Shown: positions 19,339 through 30,321 of the stretch, piece after piece | Layout: each line of letters opens with the position of its first letter | Position numbering within the stretch: position 1 is the stretch's first letter | Origin: Paracoccus sp. (in: a-proteobacteria) | Lineage (GTDB): Bacteria > Pseudomonadota > Alphaproteobacteria > Rhodobacterales > Rhodobacteraceae | NCBI RefSeq assembly: GCF_046462195.1 | Contig: NZ_JBKGUN010000108.1 | Coordinates: 9,628-73,627, forward strand | Direction: 5' to 3' | Length of the DNA: 64,000 nucleotides | Program-made: the position numbers and the translations under genes | Notes under the pieces: model-generated | What the model was told of the DNA's origin: nothing | Databases searched by the model: none | Seen by the model: only the letters and a program-made list of their open reading frames with translations

Positions 19339-20375
19339 ATTTCGCCTCCGACAACGCTTATGCCGCCCATCCTGCCGTTCTGGCGGCCCTGACAGAGGCG
19401 AACGCGGGTGCCATGATGGGCTATGGCGCGGATCCCGTCACCGCCCAGGCCGAAATTGCGATCCGCGAACTGCTCGAAGCGCCCGAGGCCGTTGTCCGTT
19501 TCGTGGCAACAGGCACGGCGGCGAATGCCTTGGTCTGCGCGCAGTTGTCGCCACCCCATGGTCGCATCTATTGCCATGACGATGCCCATATCGAGACAAG
19601 CGAATGCGGCGCGCCCGAGTTCTTTTCCCACGGCGCCAAGCTGATCACGCTGCCGGGAATGGCGGGCAAGCTGACACCGGAAACCTTGGCCCCCGCAGTT
19701 CGCGCAGGCGCAGGTGCCGGGCTGAATGGCGGGCTGAACGCCTTGGTCTCACTGACCAACGCGACCGAATGGGGAACCGTCTATTCTCCGGCCGAAGTGG
19801 CTGCCTTGACCGCCGTTGCCCATGAGGGCGGCTTGCCCCTCCACATGGACGGCGCGCGCTTTGCCAATGCCGTGGCCTCGCTTGGTTGTTCGGCGGCGGA
19901 CCTGACCTGGAGGGCAGGGGTCGATGCCTTGTGTCTGGGCGGGACCAAGAATGGCGCCATGGCAGCCGAGGCGGTGGTGTTCTTTGATCCCGCCCAAGCG
20001 CAGGGGCTGGACTATCGCCGCAAGCAGTCGGGGCATGTGTTCTCCAAAAACCGCTTTCTGGCGGCGCAGATGCTGGCACTGGCGACGGATGGCTTGTGGA
20101 AGGAACTGGCGGCAACGGCCAATGCCAAGGCCATGATCCTGGGCGAGGCTGTGGTTGCAGGCGGCGGGCAACTGCTGGTCCCGGTGCAGTCGAATGCCGT
20201 TTTCGCCACCATTCCTGCCGAAACGCATGCCCGCGCGCGGGCGGCAGGCGCGATCTATCACCTGTGGCCCGACAAATCGGCTGAAGGAATGGACCCTGTT
20301 CCCCTGCGTCTGGTCTGCGCATGGGACACGCCGCAGCAGGATGTCGATACCTTGGCAGGCATCCTGCGCGGCTAG
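19335..20375 (+). CDS. ltaE: low-specificity L-threonine aldolase (beta-eliminating lyase family)
   Basis: 346 aa, MNFASDNAYAAHPAVLAAL...VATGTAANAL...GGTKNG. The GTG start overlaps the ycgN stop. Confidence 0.8.
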   Translation: MNFASDNAYAAHPAVLAALTEANAGAMMGYGADPVTAQAEIAIRELLEAPEAVVRFVATGTAANALVCAQLSPPHGRIYCHDDAHIETSECGAPEFFSHGAKLITLPGMAGKLTPETLAPAVRAGAGAGLNGGLNALVSLTNATEWGTVYSPAEVAALTAVAHEGGLPLHMDGARFANAVASLGCSAADLTWRAGVDALCLGGTKNGAMAAEAVVFFDPAQAQGLDYRRKQSGHVFSKNRFLAAQMLALATDGLWKELAATANAKAMILGEAVVAGGGQLLVPVQSNAVFATIPAETHARARAAGAIYHLWPDKSAEGMDPVPLRLVCAWDTPQQDVDTLAGILRG

Positions 20376-20842
20376 GGCCGCAGCGCATCCAGCAGCAGTT
20401 GCAAGGCATGCTCGACCGTGGCCTGGCGGACGCGCTGACGTCCGATTGCCCCAAATTCGATTGTTTCCGTCCGGGTGCCATAGGGTTGGGCAACCCCGAA
20501 GCATACTCGCCCCTCGGGCTTTTGTTCGGACCCGCCCGGACCGGCAATGCCCGTCACGGCGACAACGATGCCCGCATCGGAATGGCGCAGGGCGCCAGCG
20601 GCCATCTCGGCTGCAACCGCTTCGCTGACAGCGCCGTGGGTTTGCAGGGTTTCCGACCGAACACCCAGCATCTGCATCTTGGCATTGTTGGAATAGGTGA
20701 CAAAACCGCGATCCACGGCATCGGACGATCCGGGAACCTCGGTGAGGGCGCCGACGATCAGACCGCCCGTGCAGCTTTCGGCGGTGGCGATCATGACACC
20801 GCGGCCGCGCGCGGCGTCCAGAACCTCGGCTGCCAGTGTCAT
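20372..20842 (-). CDS. pncC: CinA-family nicotinamide-nucleotide amidohydrolase (PncC-like)
   Basis: MTLAAEVLDAARGRGVMIATAESCTGGLIVGALTEVPGSSDAVDRGFVTYSNNAKMQMLGV. ATG at 20842 forms an ATGA overlap with the pgpA stop. Confidence 0.88.
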   Translation of the reverse strand: MTLAAEVLDAARGRGVMIATAESCTGGLIVGALTEVPGSSDAVDRGFVTYSNNAKMQMLGVRSETLQTHGAVSEAVAAEMAAGALRHSDAGIVVAVTGIAGPGGSEQKPEGRVCFGVAQPYGTRTETIEFGAIGRQRVRQATVEHALQLLLDALRP

Positions 20843-21333
20843 AGCATCATCGGAATATGAAAGGCCGCCGCCGCGATCATCGTCGCAATGCCCGCGAACA
20901 AGCCGGCCCACAAATCATCCAGCATGACGCCTTTGGCGTCATGGCGCCGGTCTGCCCGACCGATGATGCCGGGTTTCCAGATATCGAACAAACGGAAAAA
21001 CAGGAATGCCGCGACCCAGCCCGGATAAGGAAAGCGATCGACGGGCAGGTCCATCATCCAGAAGCCGAAGGACGGGAACATCAGGGCCAGCCACTGGCCC
21101 GCCACCTCGTCGATCACGATTTCGCTGCGGTCGGGATCGGCCATGCCGGCAGTATGCCGCGCGATGGCCCAGAACCCCAGAATGATCACCAGCCCCGTTG
21201 CCAATGCCAGCAGCGGGAAATGCCCGATGCGGTGCAGCAGAAGCCCGAGCGCGACTGCGACCGCCGAACCCCAGGTTCCCGGGCCGGGGCGCAGCAACCC
21301 CGCGCCGAACCAGATGCAGAGAAGACGTTCCAT
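20839..21333 (-). CDS. pgpA: phosphatidylglycerophosphatase A
   Basis: 164 aa with ...FGAGLLRPGPGTWGSAVAV...EIVIDEVAGQW...FRLFDIWKP.... Confidence 0.9.
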   Translation of the reverse strand: MERLLCIWFGAGLLRPGPGTWGSAVAVALGLLLHRIGHFPLLALATGLVIILGFWAIARHTAGMADPDRSEIVIDEVAGQWLALMFPSFGFWMMDLPVDRFPYPGWVAAFLFFRLFDIWKPGIIGRADRRHDAKGVMLDDLWAGLFAGIATMIAAAAFHIPMML

Positions 21334-21336
21334 GGC

Positions 21337-22482
21337 CTAGTCCTTGATCAGGGTGACGGTCGCGATCGCGGCAATGCCCTCGCGTCGGCCGGTAAAGCCC
21401 AGACGCTCGGAGGTGGTGGCCTTGACGCTGACTCGGCCCGCCTCACAGCCGAGGATCGCGGTTAGGCGGTCCTGCATGGCCTGTGCATGAGGACCGATCT
21501 TGGGTGCCTCGCAGATCAGCGTGACATCGGCATTGCCCAAGCGAAAGCCCCGGTCGCGTGCCAACCGTGCCGCGTGGTCCAGAAAGAGGCTGCTGTCGGC
21601 GCCCTTCCATTGTGGGTCGGACGGAGGAAAGTGCCGACCGATGTCACCCTCGGCCAAGGCGCCGTAAAGGGCATCGGTCAGGGCGTGCATCCCGACATCG
21701 GCGTCGGAATGGCCGACCAGCCCAGCGTCATGCGGGATCTGTACCCCGCAAAGCCAGACATGGTTGCCCGGACCAAAGGCATGAACGTCGTAACCATTGC
21801 CAAGGCGGATATCCATGTCCCCTCCCAGAATGCGTTCGGCCCGCGCAAAGTCGGCGGGATAGGTGATCTTCAGATTGTCGTCGCTTCCCGGTGTGATGTC
21901 GACCGCATGGCCGGCGCGAAGCGCCAGTTCGACATCATCGGCGGCGCCCTCCGGATGGGCACGGTGAGCGTTCGTAATGGCCTCCAGACGAAAACCCTGC
22001 GGCGTCTGCGCCCGAAACAATCCGTCGCGTGAGGCGGTGCCGGTCACCTGTCCCCTATCCGCGCGCCACAGTGCGTCCGAGACGGGCAGCGCGGGTGCGG
22101 CGGCGGTGGCGCCAGCCTCCAATGCGGCAACGACGCCCCTTATGACATCAGGCGACACCAAGGGACGCGCACCGTCATGGATCAGCACATGGCTGGCCTG
22201 CCCCTCCAACGCCAGAAGCCCCGCCAGCACGCTGGCAGAGCGGGTCTCGCCCCCCGTCACCACGGTCAGGGGACCGGCATGACGGGCGATCGCTTCGGCC
22301 ATGTCGTCGGGGTGAACGACCAGCACGATCCGCTCGAACCCGGCAAAAGCGGCAATGGCGTGATCGAGCACGGTCCGTTCACCCAGCATGCGCCATTGCT
22401 TGGGCGGGCCGTCGCCTGCGCGCGTGCCCCGCCCTGCGGCAGTGATCACTGCCGCATAACCCGCAGGTGCGGCAAAGCTCAT
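21337..22482 (-). CDS. ispDF: bifunctional IspD/IspF (MEP cytidylyltransferase / MEcPP synthase)
   Basis: 381 aa. The N-terminus [12 protein letters not shown] is IspD. The C-terminus [11 protein letters not shown]...[16 protein letters not shown] is IspF. Confidence 0.93.
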   Translation of the reverse strand: MSFAAPAGYAAVITAAGRGTRAGDGPPKQWRMLGERTVLDHAIAAFAGFERIVLVVHPDDMAEAIARHAGPLTVVTGGETRSASVLAGLLALEGQASHVLIHDGARPLVSPDVIRGVVAALEAGATAAAPALPVSDALWRADRGQVTGTASRDGLFRAQTPQGFRLEAITNAHRAHPEGAADDVELALRAGHAVDITPGSDDNLKITYPADFARAERILGGDMDIRLGNGYDVHAFGPGNHVWLCGVQIPHDAGLVGHSDADVGMHALTDALYGALAEGDIGRHFPPSDPQWKGADSSLFLDHAARLARDRGFRLGNADVTLICEAPKIGPHAQAMQDRLTAILGCEAGRVSVKATTSERLGFTGRREGIAAIATVTLIKD

Positions 22483-24659
22483 GCGTGGTCCAGCGTGTCG
22501 CCGTGGATCGCCCGGCTGAACGCCGTACGGTACACCTGCACGAGCGAGGCCAAGGGCGCGACATCACTGCCCAAGGTCACGCTGTCGCCGCCGAACCGTC
22601 CCACGACGGACACGGGAACGCCCGCCTCGGCCGCGGCGCCAACCAGTGCGTCGGCGGCTTCGGGTGAGCAGGCGATCAGATAACGGGCCTGATCTTCCCC
22701 GAACAATTGCGCAATGTCGCCTTGGTCCAAGGCGACGCCAAGGTCTGCGGCGGCGGCCATCTCGAAGGCTGCAAGGGCAAGGCCTCCATCAGACAGGTCG
22801 GATGCGGCCCGCAGATGGGTGCGTTGGGCGCGCAGGAACTCGCCGTGCTTGCGCTCGGCTTCCAGATCGACGAAGGGCGCGTCGCCTGCCTCGATGCCGA
22901 AGGCTTCGAAGGCAAGGGCCGATTGCTCCAGATGGCCCTTGGTTTCCCCGATGACCAGTGCCAGATCCCCTTCGGCGGCCCGGCCCGCAATCATGTCGTC
23001 CAGATCGGGGATCAGGCCGACGCCACCGATCGTGGGGGTTGGCAGGATGCCCTTGCCGTCGGTTTCGTTGTAAAGCGACACGTTGCCCGACACGATCGGA
23101 AAGTCGAGTGCCTTGCACGCTTCGCCGATACCCTTGATGGCGCCAACCAGCTGGCCCATGATCTCGGGCTTTTCCGGGTTGCCGAAGTTCAGGTTGTCGG
23201 TCGTGGCCAAGGGCTGCGCACCCACGGCGGTCAGGTTGCGGTATGCCTCGGCCACCGCCTGCTTGCCGCCTTCGAAGGGGTTCGCCTTGACGTAGCGCGG
23301 GGTCACGTCGCTGGTGAAGGCCAAGGCCTTGCGCGTGCCGTGAACGCGCACGACGCCCGCGCCCATGCCGGGGCGGCGGATCGTGTCGGCACCGACCTGC
23401 GTGTCATACTGCTCCCACACCCAAGCCTTGTGGGCGTGGTTCGGGCTGCCGATCAGTGCCTGCAGCGCGGTGATCGGGGTAATGGCAGGCAAGGCAGGGG
23501 CGGGCTGGGCAGCGGGCGTTTCCACCCAGGGACGGTCATATTCCGGCGCGCTGGAGGACAGCCTGGACAGCGGCAGGTCAGCCATGACTTCATTGCCGTG
23601 CAGGATCAGGAAACGGTCCTCGGGGATCGTCTCGCCTACGATGGCGAAGTCGAGGTCCCATTTTTCAAAGATGGCGCGTGCTTCTGCCTCTTTTTCGGGC
23701 TTCAGCACCATCAGCATCCGTTCCTGGGATTCCGACAGCATCATCTCGTAGGCGGTCATGGCGGTTTCGCGTTGCGGCACGTGGTCCAGGACCAGCTTGA
23801 TGCCAAGGCCTCCCTTGTCGCCCATCTCGACAGCCGAGCAGGTGAGGCCTGCGGCCCCCATGTCCTGAATCGAGATCACGCTGCCCGAGGCCATGAGTTC
23901 GAGGCAGGCCTCGAGCAGGCACTTTTCGGTGAAAGGGTCGCCCACCTGCACGGTGGGACGCTTGTCCTCGATCGTGTCGTCGAATTCGGCGCTGGCCATG
24001 GTGGCCCCGCCGACGCCGTCGCGGCCGGTCTTGGCGCCCAGATAGACCACCGGCATGCCAACACCCGAGGCGGCGGAATAGAAGATCTTGTCAGCATCGG
24101 CCAATCCCGCCGCGAAGGCGTTCACTAGGCAGTTGCCATTGTAGCTGGGGTGAAAACGGACCTCTCCGCCCACGTTCGGGACACCAAAGGCATTGCCATA
24201 GGCGCCGATCCCTTCGACCACCCCTTTGACCAGATGCGCGGTCTTGGGATGATCCGGCATGCCGAAGGACAGTGCATCCATGGCGGCGATGGGGCGGGCG
24301 CCCATGGTGAAGACATCGCGCAGGATACCGCCCACGCCCGTGGCCGCGCCCTGATGCGGCTCGATATAGCTGGGGTGGTTGTGGCTTTCCATCTTGAAGA
24401 CCACCGCCTGACCGTCGCCGATATCCACCACGCCTGCGTTTTCGCCGGGTCCGCAGATGACCTGCGGCCCTTCAGTGGGCAAGGTCCGCAGCCATTTCTT
24501 CGACGACTTGTAGGAACAATGCTCGTTCCACATCGCGCTGAAGATGCCCAGTTCGGTAAAGCTGGGTTCCCGGCCGATGATTTGCAGGATGCGGTCGTAT
24601 TCGTCGGGCTTGAGCCCGTGCGCGGCGATCAGTTCGGGTGTGATCGACGGTTCCTGCAT
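22479..24659 (-). CDS. purL: phosphoribosylformylglycinamidine synthase subunit PurL
   Basis: 726 aa with ...[15 protein letters not shown]...[10 protein letters not shown]...[14 protein letters not shown].... ATGA overlap with ispDF. Confidence 0.95.
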   Translation of the reverse strand: MQEPSITPELIAAHGLKPDEYDRILQIIGREPSFTELGIFSAMWNEHCSYKSSKKWLRTLPTEGPQVICGPGENAGVVDIGDGQAVVFKMESHNHPSYIEPHQGAATGVGGILRDVFTMGARPIAAMDALSFGMPDHPKTAHLVKGVVEGIGAYGNAFGVPNVGGEVRFHPSYNGNCLVNAFAAGLADADKIFYSAASGVGMPVVYLGAKTGRDGVGGATMASAEFDDTIEDKRPTVQVGDPFTEKCLLEACLELMASGSVISIQDMGAAGLTCSAVEMGDKGGLGIKLVLDHVPQRETAMTAYEMMLSESQERMLMVLKPEKEAEARAIFEKWDLDFAIVGETIPEDRFLILHGNEVMADLPLSRLSSSAPEYDRPWVETPAAQPAPALPAITPITALQALIGSPNHAHKAWVWEQYDTQVGADTIRRPGMGAGVVRVHGTRKALAFTSDVTPRYVKANPFEGGKQAVAEAYRNLTAVGAQPLATTDNLNFGNPEKPEIMGQLVGAIKGIGEACKALDFPIVSGNVSLYNETDGKGILPTPTIGGVGLIPDLDDMIAGRAAEGDLALVIGETKGHLEQSALAFEAFGIEAGDAPFVDLEAERKHGEFLRAQRTHLRAASDLSDGGLALAAFEMAAAADLGVALDQGDIAQLFGEDQARYLIACSPEAADALVGAAAEAGVPVSVVGRFGGDSVTLGSDVAPLASLVQVYRTAFSRAIHGDTLDHA

Positions 24660-24740
24660 GCTACGGCCCTTCCTGCGCGTGAAATCACGCGCCTTTTAGA
24701 ACCTGTCAGGCGCCATGGAAAGGCAGCCCGGCACAGCGGC

Positions 24741-24768
24741 AAAAAAAAAGCCGGGCACAAGGCCCGGC
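24741..24768 (-). terminator. strong rho-independent terminator on the minus strand, ~200 nt downstream of the LysR gene
   Basis: Minus strand reads GCCGGGC-CUUGU-GCCCGGC followed by U9. Confidence 0.8.
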
Positions 24769-24970
24769 CTAAGTCCAACAGGGAGGTAGAAGGTGATGAA
24801 TGCTTGCGCTGACCACCGCCTTCTTCGACTGATTTATGTGCAGTCTGTGAACGCTTCAAGAGATTAGAGGGTGCGAAACTCGCATAGCCGTCATGCAGTG
24901 GCGTAATGGCTACACGTTCCAGTGGAATCGACGGCCAGCAATGCCGTAGCTGCAGGAGCCCGAGCCCTTT

Positions 24971-25876
24971 TCAGATCATGCCAGACTCGCTCTGGATGCG
25001 GCGATAGGCTTGGATTTCCTCCAGCACGAAATCGCGGAAAACGGCCACGCGGCGTGTTTGGCGCAGTTCCTCGGGATAGGCCAGGAATACCGGCACTTCG
25101 CCGGACTCGACATCGGGGAAGACGCGGGTCAGATCCGCATGATCGGCCGTCAGGTAGTCGGGCAGAACGCCAATGCCCAGATTGGCCAGAACCGCCTGCA
25201 GCACGCCGAAGTAATTGTTGACGGTCAGCGTCGAACCGACATTCTGGGCCATCAGTTCCTGAACAAGACGCGCGCCCGCCGCCACCTGCGGCAGGTCGGG
25301 CTTTTGGCAAATCAGGCGATGCTTGCTCAGATCAGCCAGTGTCTCGGGAACGCCATGGGCGGCCAGGTAACTGGGACTGGCATAGAGCCGCATCCGGATG
25401 TTCAGCAGCCGGCGCCGGATCAGGTCCGACTGGCTGGGCTCCTTCATGCGGATCGCCACGTCGGCTTCACGCATCGGCAGGTCCAGCACGCGTTCTTCCA
25501 ACATGAGGTCGATGCGCAGATCGGGAAATTTCTCATAAAGCTTGACCAGGCGCGGGGCCAGCCACAGCGTTCCGAACCCCACGGTGGCCGTGACCTTCAA
25601 TTCGCCGAAGACGTTCTCTTCGCTGTCACGGATCCGGGCCGAGGCGCTGTCCAGCTTGCGCGCCATGGCCGAGGTGGCCTCGAACAGAAGTTCGCCCTGT
25701 TCGGTCAGAATCAGTCCGCGGGCGTGACGGTGGAAAAGCGTGGTTCCCAACGACTCTTCCAGCGCGCGGATCTGCCGGCTGACGGCAGACTGCGACAGGT
25801 GTAGGGTGTCCCCTGCATGGGTCAGGCTTCCCGCATCGGCCACCGCGTGAAAGATTCTGAGCTTGTCCCAGTCCAT
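24971..25876 (-). CDS. LysR-family transcriptional regulator
   Basis: 301 aa with MDWDKLRIFHAVADAGSLTHAGDTLHLSQSAVSRQIRALEESLG (wHTH) plus a LysR substrate-binding domain. Divergent from the ior gene. Confidence 0.92.
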   Translation of the reverse strand: MDWDKLRIFHAVADAGSLTHAGDTLHLSQSAVSRQIRALEESLGTTLFHRHARGLILTEQGELLFEATSAMARKLDSASARIRDSEENVFGELKVTATVGFGTLWLAPRLVKLYEKFPDLRIDLMLEERVLDLPMREADVAIRMKEPSQSDLIRRRLLNIRMRLYASPSYLAAHGVPETLADLSKHRLICQKPDLPQVAAGARLVQELMAQNVGSTLTVNNYFGVLQAVLANLGIGVLPDYLTADHADLTRVFPDVESGEVPVFLAYPEELRQTRRVAVFRDFVLEEIQAYRRIQSESGMI

Positions 25877-25953
25877 TCCTTTACAATCCTGTCATATCAG
25901 CCATGCGAAATTTGCAGACCTGTCTTCACCTGCGACCCCTGCACAGCCACGTC

Positions 25954-25975
25954 AAGAACAGATTTTTATGTTCTT
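25954..25975. promoter_or_regulatory. inverted repeat in the LysR/ior divergent intergenic region; candidate LysR operator
   Basis: AAGAACA-N8-TGTTCTT (7-bp arms, AT-rich spacer). A second repeat, GGTCAG-N5-CTGACC at 25977-25993, abuts TATACT. Confidence 0.3.
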
Positions 25976-26036
25976 CGGTCAGCCATTCTGACCTATACTG
26001 GCCGGGGGAGCCGTCAGGTACAGGAGGAGAGTCAAC

Positions 26037-29000
26037 ATGAGCAAGCAGGAATTCTCGTTGGCCGATCGATTTGATCTGTCGAAATCACACGTGTTGTTGA
26101 ACGGAACGCAGGCATTGGTCCGGCTGATGCTCATGCAATCGGCACGCGACAAAGCCGCCGGGCTCGATACGGCGGGGCTGGTGACGGGGTATCGCGGATC
26201 GCCCTTGGGCGGGGTCGACCTGCAGATGATGCGCGAGGCCAAGCGTCTGGCCGATGCGCAGGTCCGCTTTCAGCCCGGCCTGAACGAGGATCTTGCCGCC
26301 ACCGCGATCTGGGGCAGCCAGCAGGCGGAACTGCGGGGCGAAGGCCGCCATGACGGCGTCTTTGCCTTGTGGTACGGCAAGGGGCCGGGCGTGGACCGCA
26401 CGGGCGATGTGATGCGACATGCGAACATGGCCGGATCGTCGCGTCACGGCGGCGTCGTGATGGCCATGGGTGACGATCACACGGGCGAAAGTTCCACCGT
26501 TCTGCACCAGTCGGATTGGGCGATGATCGACGCCTACATTCCCGTCCTGTCGCCTGCCGGTGTGCAGGAAATTCTGGATTATGGACTTTATGGTTTTGCG
26601 TTGTCCCGCTATGCAGGCGTCTGGACCGGGTTGAAGACCATGAAGGATACGGTCGAGGCCACATCGGTGGTGAACGGCGATCCTCAGCGCCTGACGTTCA
26701 CGATGCCCCGCGATTTTCCGATGCCGGAGGGTGGGCTGAACATCCGCCTTGGAGATACTCCGGTCGCGCAAGAGGCGCGGATGATCGATCACAAGCGATG
26801 GGCAGCCGAAGCCTTCAGCCGTGCCAATCGCATTGACCACCGCGTCTGGGGCAAGCCCGCTGCCAAGATCGGCTTCGTGGCCGCAGGCAAGAACTGGCTG
26901 GATTTGGTGCACGCCCTGTCACTGCTGGGCATCACCGAGGCGGAGGCGGAGCGCCTCGGACTGACGACCTACAAGGTTGGGCAGACCTGGCCCATGGACA
27001 TGAAGTCCATCCAGGAATGGTCCGAGAACCTGGAGGTGATCGTCTGCATCGAGGAAAAGCGCAAGCTGATCGAGGTGCAGCTGAAGGAAGCCATCTTTGA
27101 CAATCGCCGGGGTCGCCGCGTTCACGGCTGGAAGCATGACCGGACGGGGGAGGAACTGTTCCCGACGCGCTATGCGCTTGACCCGGTGATGGTGGCGCAG
27201 AAGATCGGTGGCATCCTGATCGAGGAAGGGCGCGGCACCGAACATATCCGTGCGGGGCTGCAGCGCCTGAACGAAGTGCGCCGCAATGACAACGCCCCTG
27301 AGATTGCGACCAGAACCCCATGGTTTTGTTCTGGATGCCCGCACAACAGTTCAACCCGTCTGCCCGAAGGAAGCCGGGCCTATGCGGGGATAGGCTGTCA
27401 TTACATGGTCCAGTGGATGGGGCGCGACACCGAAGGCTTCACCCAGATGGGTGGCGAAGGAGCGAACTGGATCGGCGAAGCGCCGTTCAGCAAAAGAAGC
27501 CATATCTTTCAAAATCTTGGTGACGGAACCTATAACCATTCGGGGGTCTTGGCGATCCGCGCGGCTTTGGCTGCCAGCACCAACATCACCTACAAGATCC
27601 TTTATAACGATGCCGTGGCCATGACAGGCGGGCAGCCCAATGAAGGAGGCCTGACTGCGCCTCAGATCGCGCGGGAACTGGTGGCCATGGGTGTCGATCC
27701 GGTCGTGGTCGTGCATGACCAGAAGGAAGAGGTCGATCCGTCCCTGTTCCCCAAGGGCCTGCGTTTCGAGGAGCGGGCCGAGATGATGGCCGTGCAGCGC
27801 GACCTCGAGCAGGTTTCGGGGGTCAGCGCCATCCTGTATGTCCAGACCTGCGCAGCGGAAAAACGGCGGCGGCGCAAGAAGGGACAGTTTCCCGACCCGG
27901 ATCGCCGCATCTGGATCAATCCGGAGGTCTGCGAGGGCTGCGGTGACTGTTCCGTTCAGTCGAACTGCGTGTCGATCGTGCCGTTGGACACGGAGCTGGG
28001 GCGCAAGCGACAGATCGACCAGTCCAGCTGCAACAAGGACTACAGCTGCGTGCAGGGCTTCTGCCCCAGCTTTGTTTCGGTTCGGGGCGGGACTCTGCGC
28101 AAACCCAGGGCCGAGGCCTTCGAGCTGCCGCCCTTGCCCGCCCCTGAACTGCCGGCGATCAACGGCACGCATAACGTTGTCATGACCGGCGTGGGCGGAA
28201 CGGGCGTGGTGACCATCGGTGCCGTGCTGGCGCAGGCCGCCCATATTGACGGGAAGGGGGCCGGCATGATGGAAATGGCGGGCTTGGCACAAAAGGGCGG
28301 CGCGGTGCATATCCACCTGCGGCTGGCCAACCGTCCCGAAGATATCAGTGCCATCCGCGTGGCGACGGGCGAGGCGGATTGCGTGATCGGCGGCGATCTG
28401 GTGGTGACGGCGGGGGCCAAGACCGTCGGCCTGATGACGCAAGGGCGCACTGGCGCCGTGGTCAACGACCACGAGATCATTACCGGCGATTTTACCCGCT
28501 TTCGTGATTTTCAGGTTCCGTCCGACCGGCTGCGCTTGTCGCTGGAAGCGCGGCTGAAGGAAAAGGTCGTGTTCCTCGACGCCAGCGAACTGGCGCTGCG
28601 CATGTTGGGGGACTCCATTTATGCCAACATGCTGGTGTTGGGCGCGTGCTGGCAGCGGGGCCTGATTCCGCTGTCTGAAGCCGCGATCATGGAGGCGATC
28701 CGCCTGAACGGTGCCAAGGTGGCTGAGAACCAGCGCGCCTTCCAGATCGGCCGGTGGGCGATGGTGCATCCTGATCAGGCGCGCAAGCCTGCGGACGTGA
28801 CGCCGCTGCCTATTGATCCGGTCGAATATCGTGCGGCCCGGCTGGTCGGCTATCAAGGCAGGCGGTTGTCGAGGCGCTATCGCAAGCTTGTCGATGCCGC
28901 ACCTGCGCCGCTGCGCGAAAGCGTTGCAAGAAGCTATTACAAGTTGTTGGCTTACAAGGACGAATATGAGGTGGCGCGGCTGCATCTGTTGACGGCTGAG

Positions 29001-29429
29001 CAGGTGGCGGCGCAATGGGAGGGGGATGTAAGGCTGTCCCTGCACATGGCCCCTCCAGTCTTGGGCGGTAAGGACGCGAACGGACGGCCGAAGAAGCGTG
29101 AGTTCGGCCCATGGATGCTGCGCAGCTTTTACATTCTGGCAGGCATGAAAGGGCTGCGCGGCACCCTTTTCGATCCCTTTGGCTATGGCGCCGAGCGCAA
29201 GCGCGAGCGTGCCATGATCCGGCAGTTCGAGAGTGACATGGGCGAAATCTTTGCCCATGTCACAGATGCGACCATGCCCGTGGCGATCGAACTGGCCGGA
29301 CTGCCGCTGACGGTGCGCGGCTATGGCCCGGTCAAGGACGAGGCGGCGGACCGCGCGGAGGAACGCCGCGCGGAGTTGCTGGCGCAGTTCCGCGCCGGAC
29401 AGGCACCCATCCGTGAAGCCGCTGAATGA
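26037..29429 (+). CDS. indolepyruvate ferredoxin oxidoreductase family protein (fused alpha/beta, 2-oxoacid:ferredoxin oxidoreductase)
   Basis: 1130 aa with ...LLNGTQALVRLMLMQ...VTGYRGSPLGG..., a TPP region and a ferredoxin-like Cys cluster CEGCGDCSVQSNC. SD GGAGGAG lies upstream. Confidence 0.9.
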   Translation: MSKQEFSLADRFDLSKSHVLLNGTQALVRLMLMQSARDKAAGLDTAGLVTGYRGSPLGGVDLQMMREAKRLADAQVRFQPGLNEDLAATAIWGSQQAELRGEGRHDGVFALWYGKGPGVDRTGDVMRHANMAGSSRHGGVVMAMGDDHTGESSTVLHQSDWAMIDAYIPVLSPAGVQEILDYGLYGFALSRYAGVWTGLKTMKDTVEATSVVNGDPQRLTFTMPRDFPMPEGGLNIRLGDTPVAQEARMIDHKRWAAEAFSRANRIDHRVWGKPAAKIGFVAAGKNWLDLVHALSLLGITEAEAERLGLTTYKVGQTWPMDMKSIQEWSENLEVIVCIEEKRKLIEVQLKEAIFDNRRGRRVHGWKHDRTGEELFPTRYALDPVMVAQKIGGILIEEGRGTEHIRAGLQRLNEVRRNDNAPEIATRTPWFCSGCPHNSSTRLPEGSRAYAGIGCHYMVQWMGRDTEGFTQMGGEGANWIGEAPFSKRSHIFQNLGDGTYNHSGVLAIRAALAASTNITYKILYNDAVAMTGGQPNEGGLTAPQIARELVAMGVDPVVVVHDQKEEVDPSLFPKGLRFEERAEMMAVQRDLEQVSGVSAILYVQTCAAEKRRRRKKGQFPDPDRRIWINPEVCEGCGDCSVQSNCVSIVPLDTELGRKRQIDQSSCNKDYSCVQGFCPSFVSVRGGTLRKPRAEAFELPPLPAPELPAINGTHNVVMTGVGGTGVVTIGAVLAQAAHIDGKGAGMMEMAGLAQKGGAVHIHLRLANRPEDISAIRVATGEADCVIGGDLVVTAGAKTVGLMTQGRTGAVVNDHEIITGDFTRFRDFQVPSDRLRLSLEARLKEKVVFLDASELALRMLGDSIYANMLVLGACWQRGLIPLSEAAIMEAIRLNGAKVAENQRAFQIGRWAMVHPDQARKPADVTPLPIDPVEYRAARLVGYQGRRLSRRYRKLVDAAPAPLRESVARSYYKLLAYKDEYEVARLHLLTAEQVAAQWEGDVRLSLHMAPPVLGGKDANGRPKKREFGPWMLRSFYILAGMKGLRGTLFDPFGYGAERKRERAMIRQFESDMGEIFAHVTDATMPVAIELAGLPLTVRGYGPVKDEAADRAEERRAELLAQFRAGQAPIREAAE

Positions 29430-29495
29430 TCTGAATCATTTTCAAAGCGCGCGTGTCGCCCTATGAAGGGCGGCACGCGGTGCAGGAGATGACGG

Positions 29496-30308
29496 ATGGC
29501 AGTGGGCGTTTTCGATTCAGGGCTGGGTGGTTTGACGGTGCATCAGGCCATCGCCGCACGTTTGCCTGATCTTCCGCTGGTCTATCTGGGGGACAATGCC
29601 CATGCGCCTTATGGGGTTCGCACTGCCGACGATATCTATGCGCTGACCTGCGCCGGGGTCGAGAGGCTTTGGGCCGAGGGCTGCGACCTGGTGATCCTGG
29701 CCTGCAACACAGCCAGTGCGGCGGCGTTGCGGCGCATGCAGGAAACGTGGCTGCCCGAGGGCAAGCGGGTTCTGGGTGTTTTTGTCCCGATGATCGAAGC
29801 GTTGACCGAGCGTGCCTGGGGTGACAATTCGCCGCCCCGCCGCGTGGCGGTGAACAACGTGGCGCTGTTCGCCACCCCGGCAACCGTGGCCAGCCGCGCG
29901 TTCCAGCGCGAACTGGCATTCCGCGCCGTCGGTGTCGATGTCGAGGCACAGCCATGCGGTGGCGTTGTCGATGCCATTGAAATGGGTGATGAAATTCTGG
30001 CCGAGGCGCTGGTCGGCAGCCATGTGGAGGCCTTGTTGCGCCGGATGCCTTATCCCGAGGCTGCGGTGCTTGGCTGCACGCATTATCCGTTGGTCGAAGA
30101 CGCCTTCAAGCGCGCGCTTGGCCCCAAGGTTGCCGTTTACAGCCAGGCAGGGCTGGTTGCGGAAAGTCTGGCGGATTATCTGACGCGCAGGCCCGAGTTC
30201 ATTGGTGCCGGAACGGAAGCGAAATATCTGACAACTGGCGACCCGGAGCGGGTGTCCGGCAAGGCGACGCAGTTCCTGCGACGCTCGATCCGCTTCGAGG
30301 CTGCCTGA
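29496..30308 (+). CDS. murI: glutamate racemase
   Basis: [15 protein letters not shown]...ILACNTASA...LGCTHYP shows both catalytic Cys motifs. Confidence 0.93.
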   Translation: MAVGVFDSGLGGLTVHQAIAARLPDLPLVYLGDNAHAPYGVRTADDIYALTCAGVERLWAEGCDLVILACNTASAAALRRMQETWLPEGKRVLGVFVPMIEALTERAWGDNSPPRRVAVNNVALFATPATVASRAFQRELAFRAVGVDVEAQPCGGVVDAIEMGDEILAEALVGSHVEALLRRMPYPEAAVLGCTHYPLVEDAFKRALGPKVAVYSQAGLVAESLADYLTRRPEFIGAGTEAKYLTTGDPERVSGKATQFLRRSIRFEAA

Positions 30309-30321
30309 GGGAGGTTGACAC

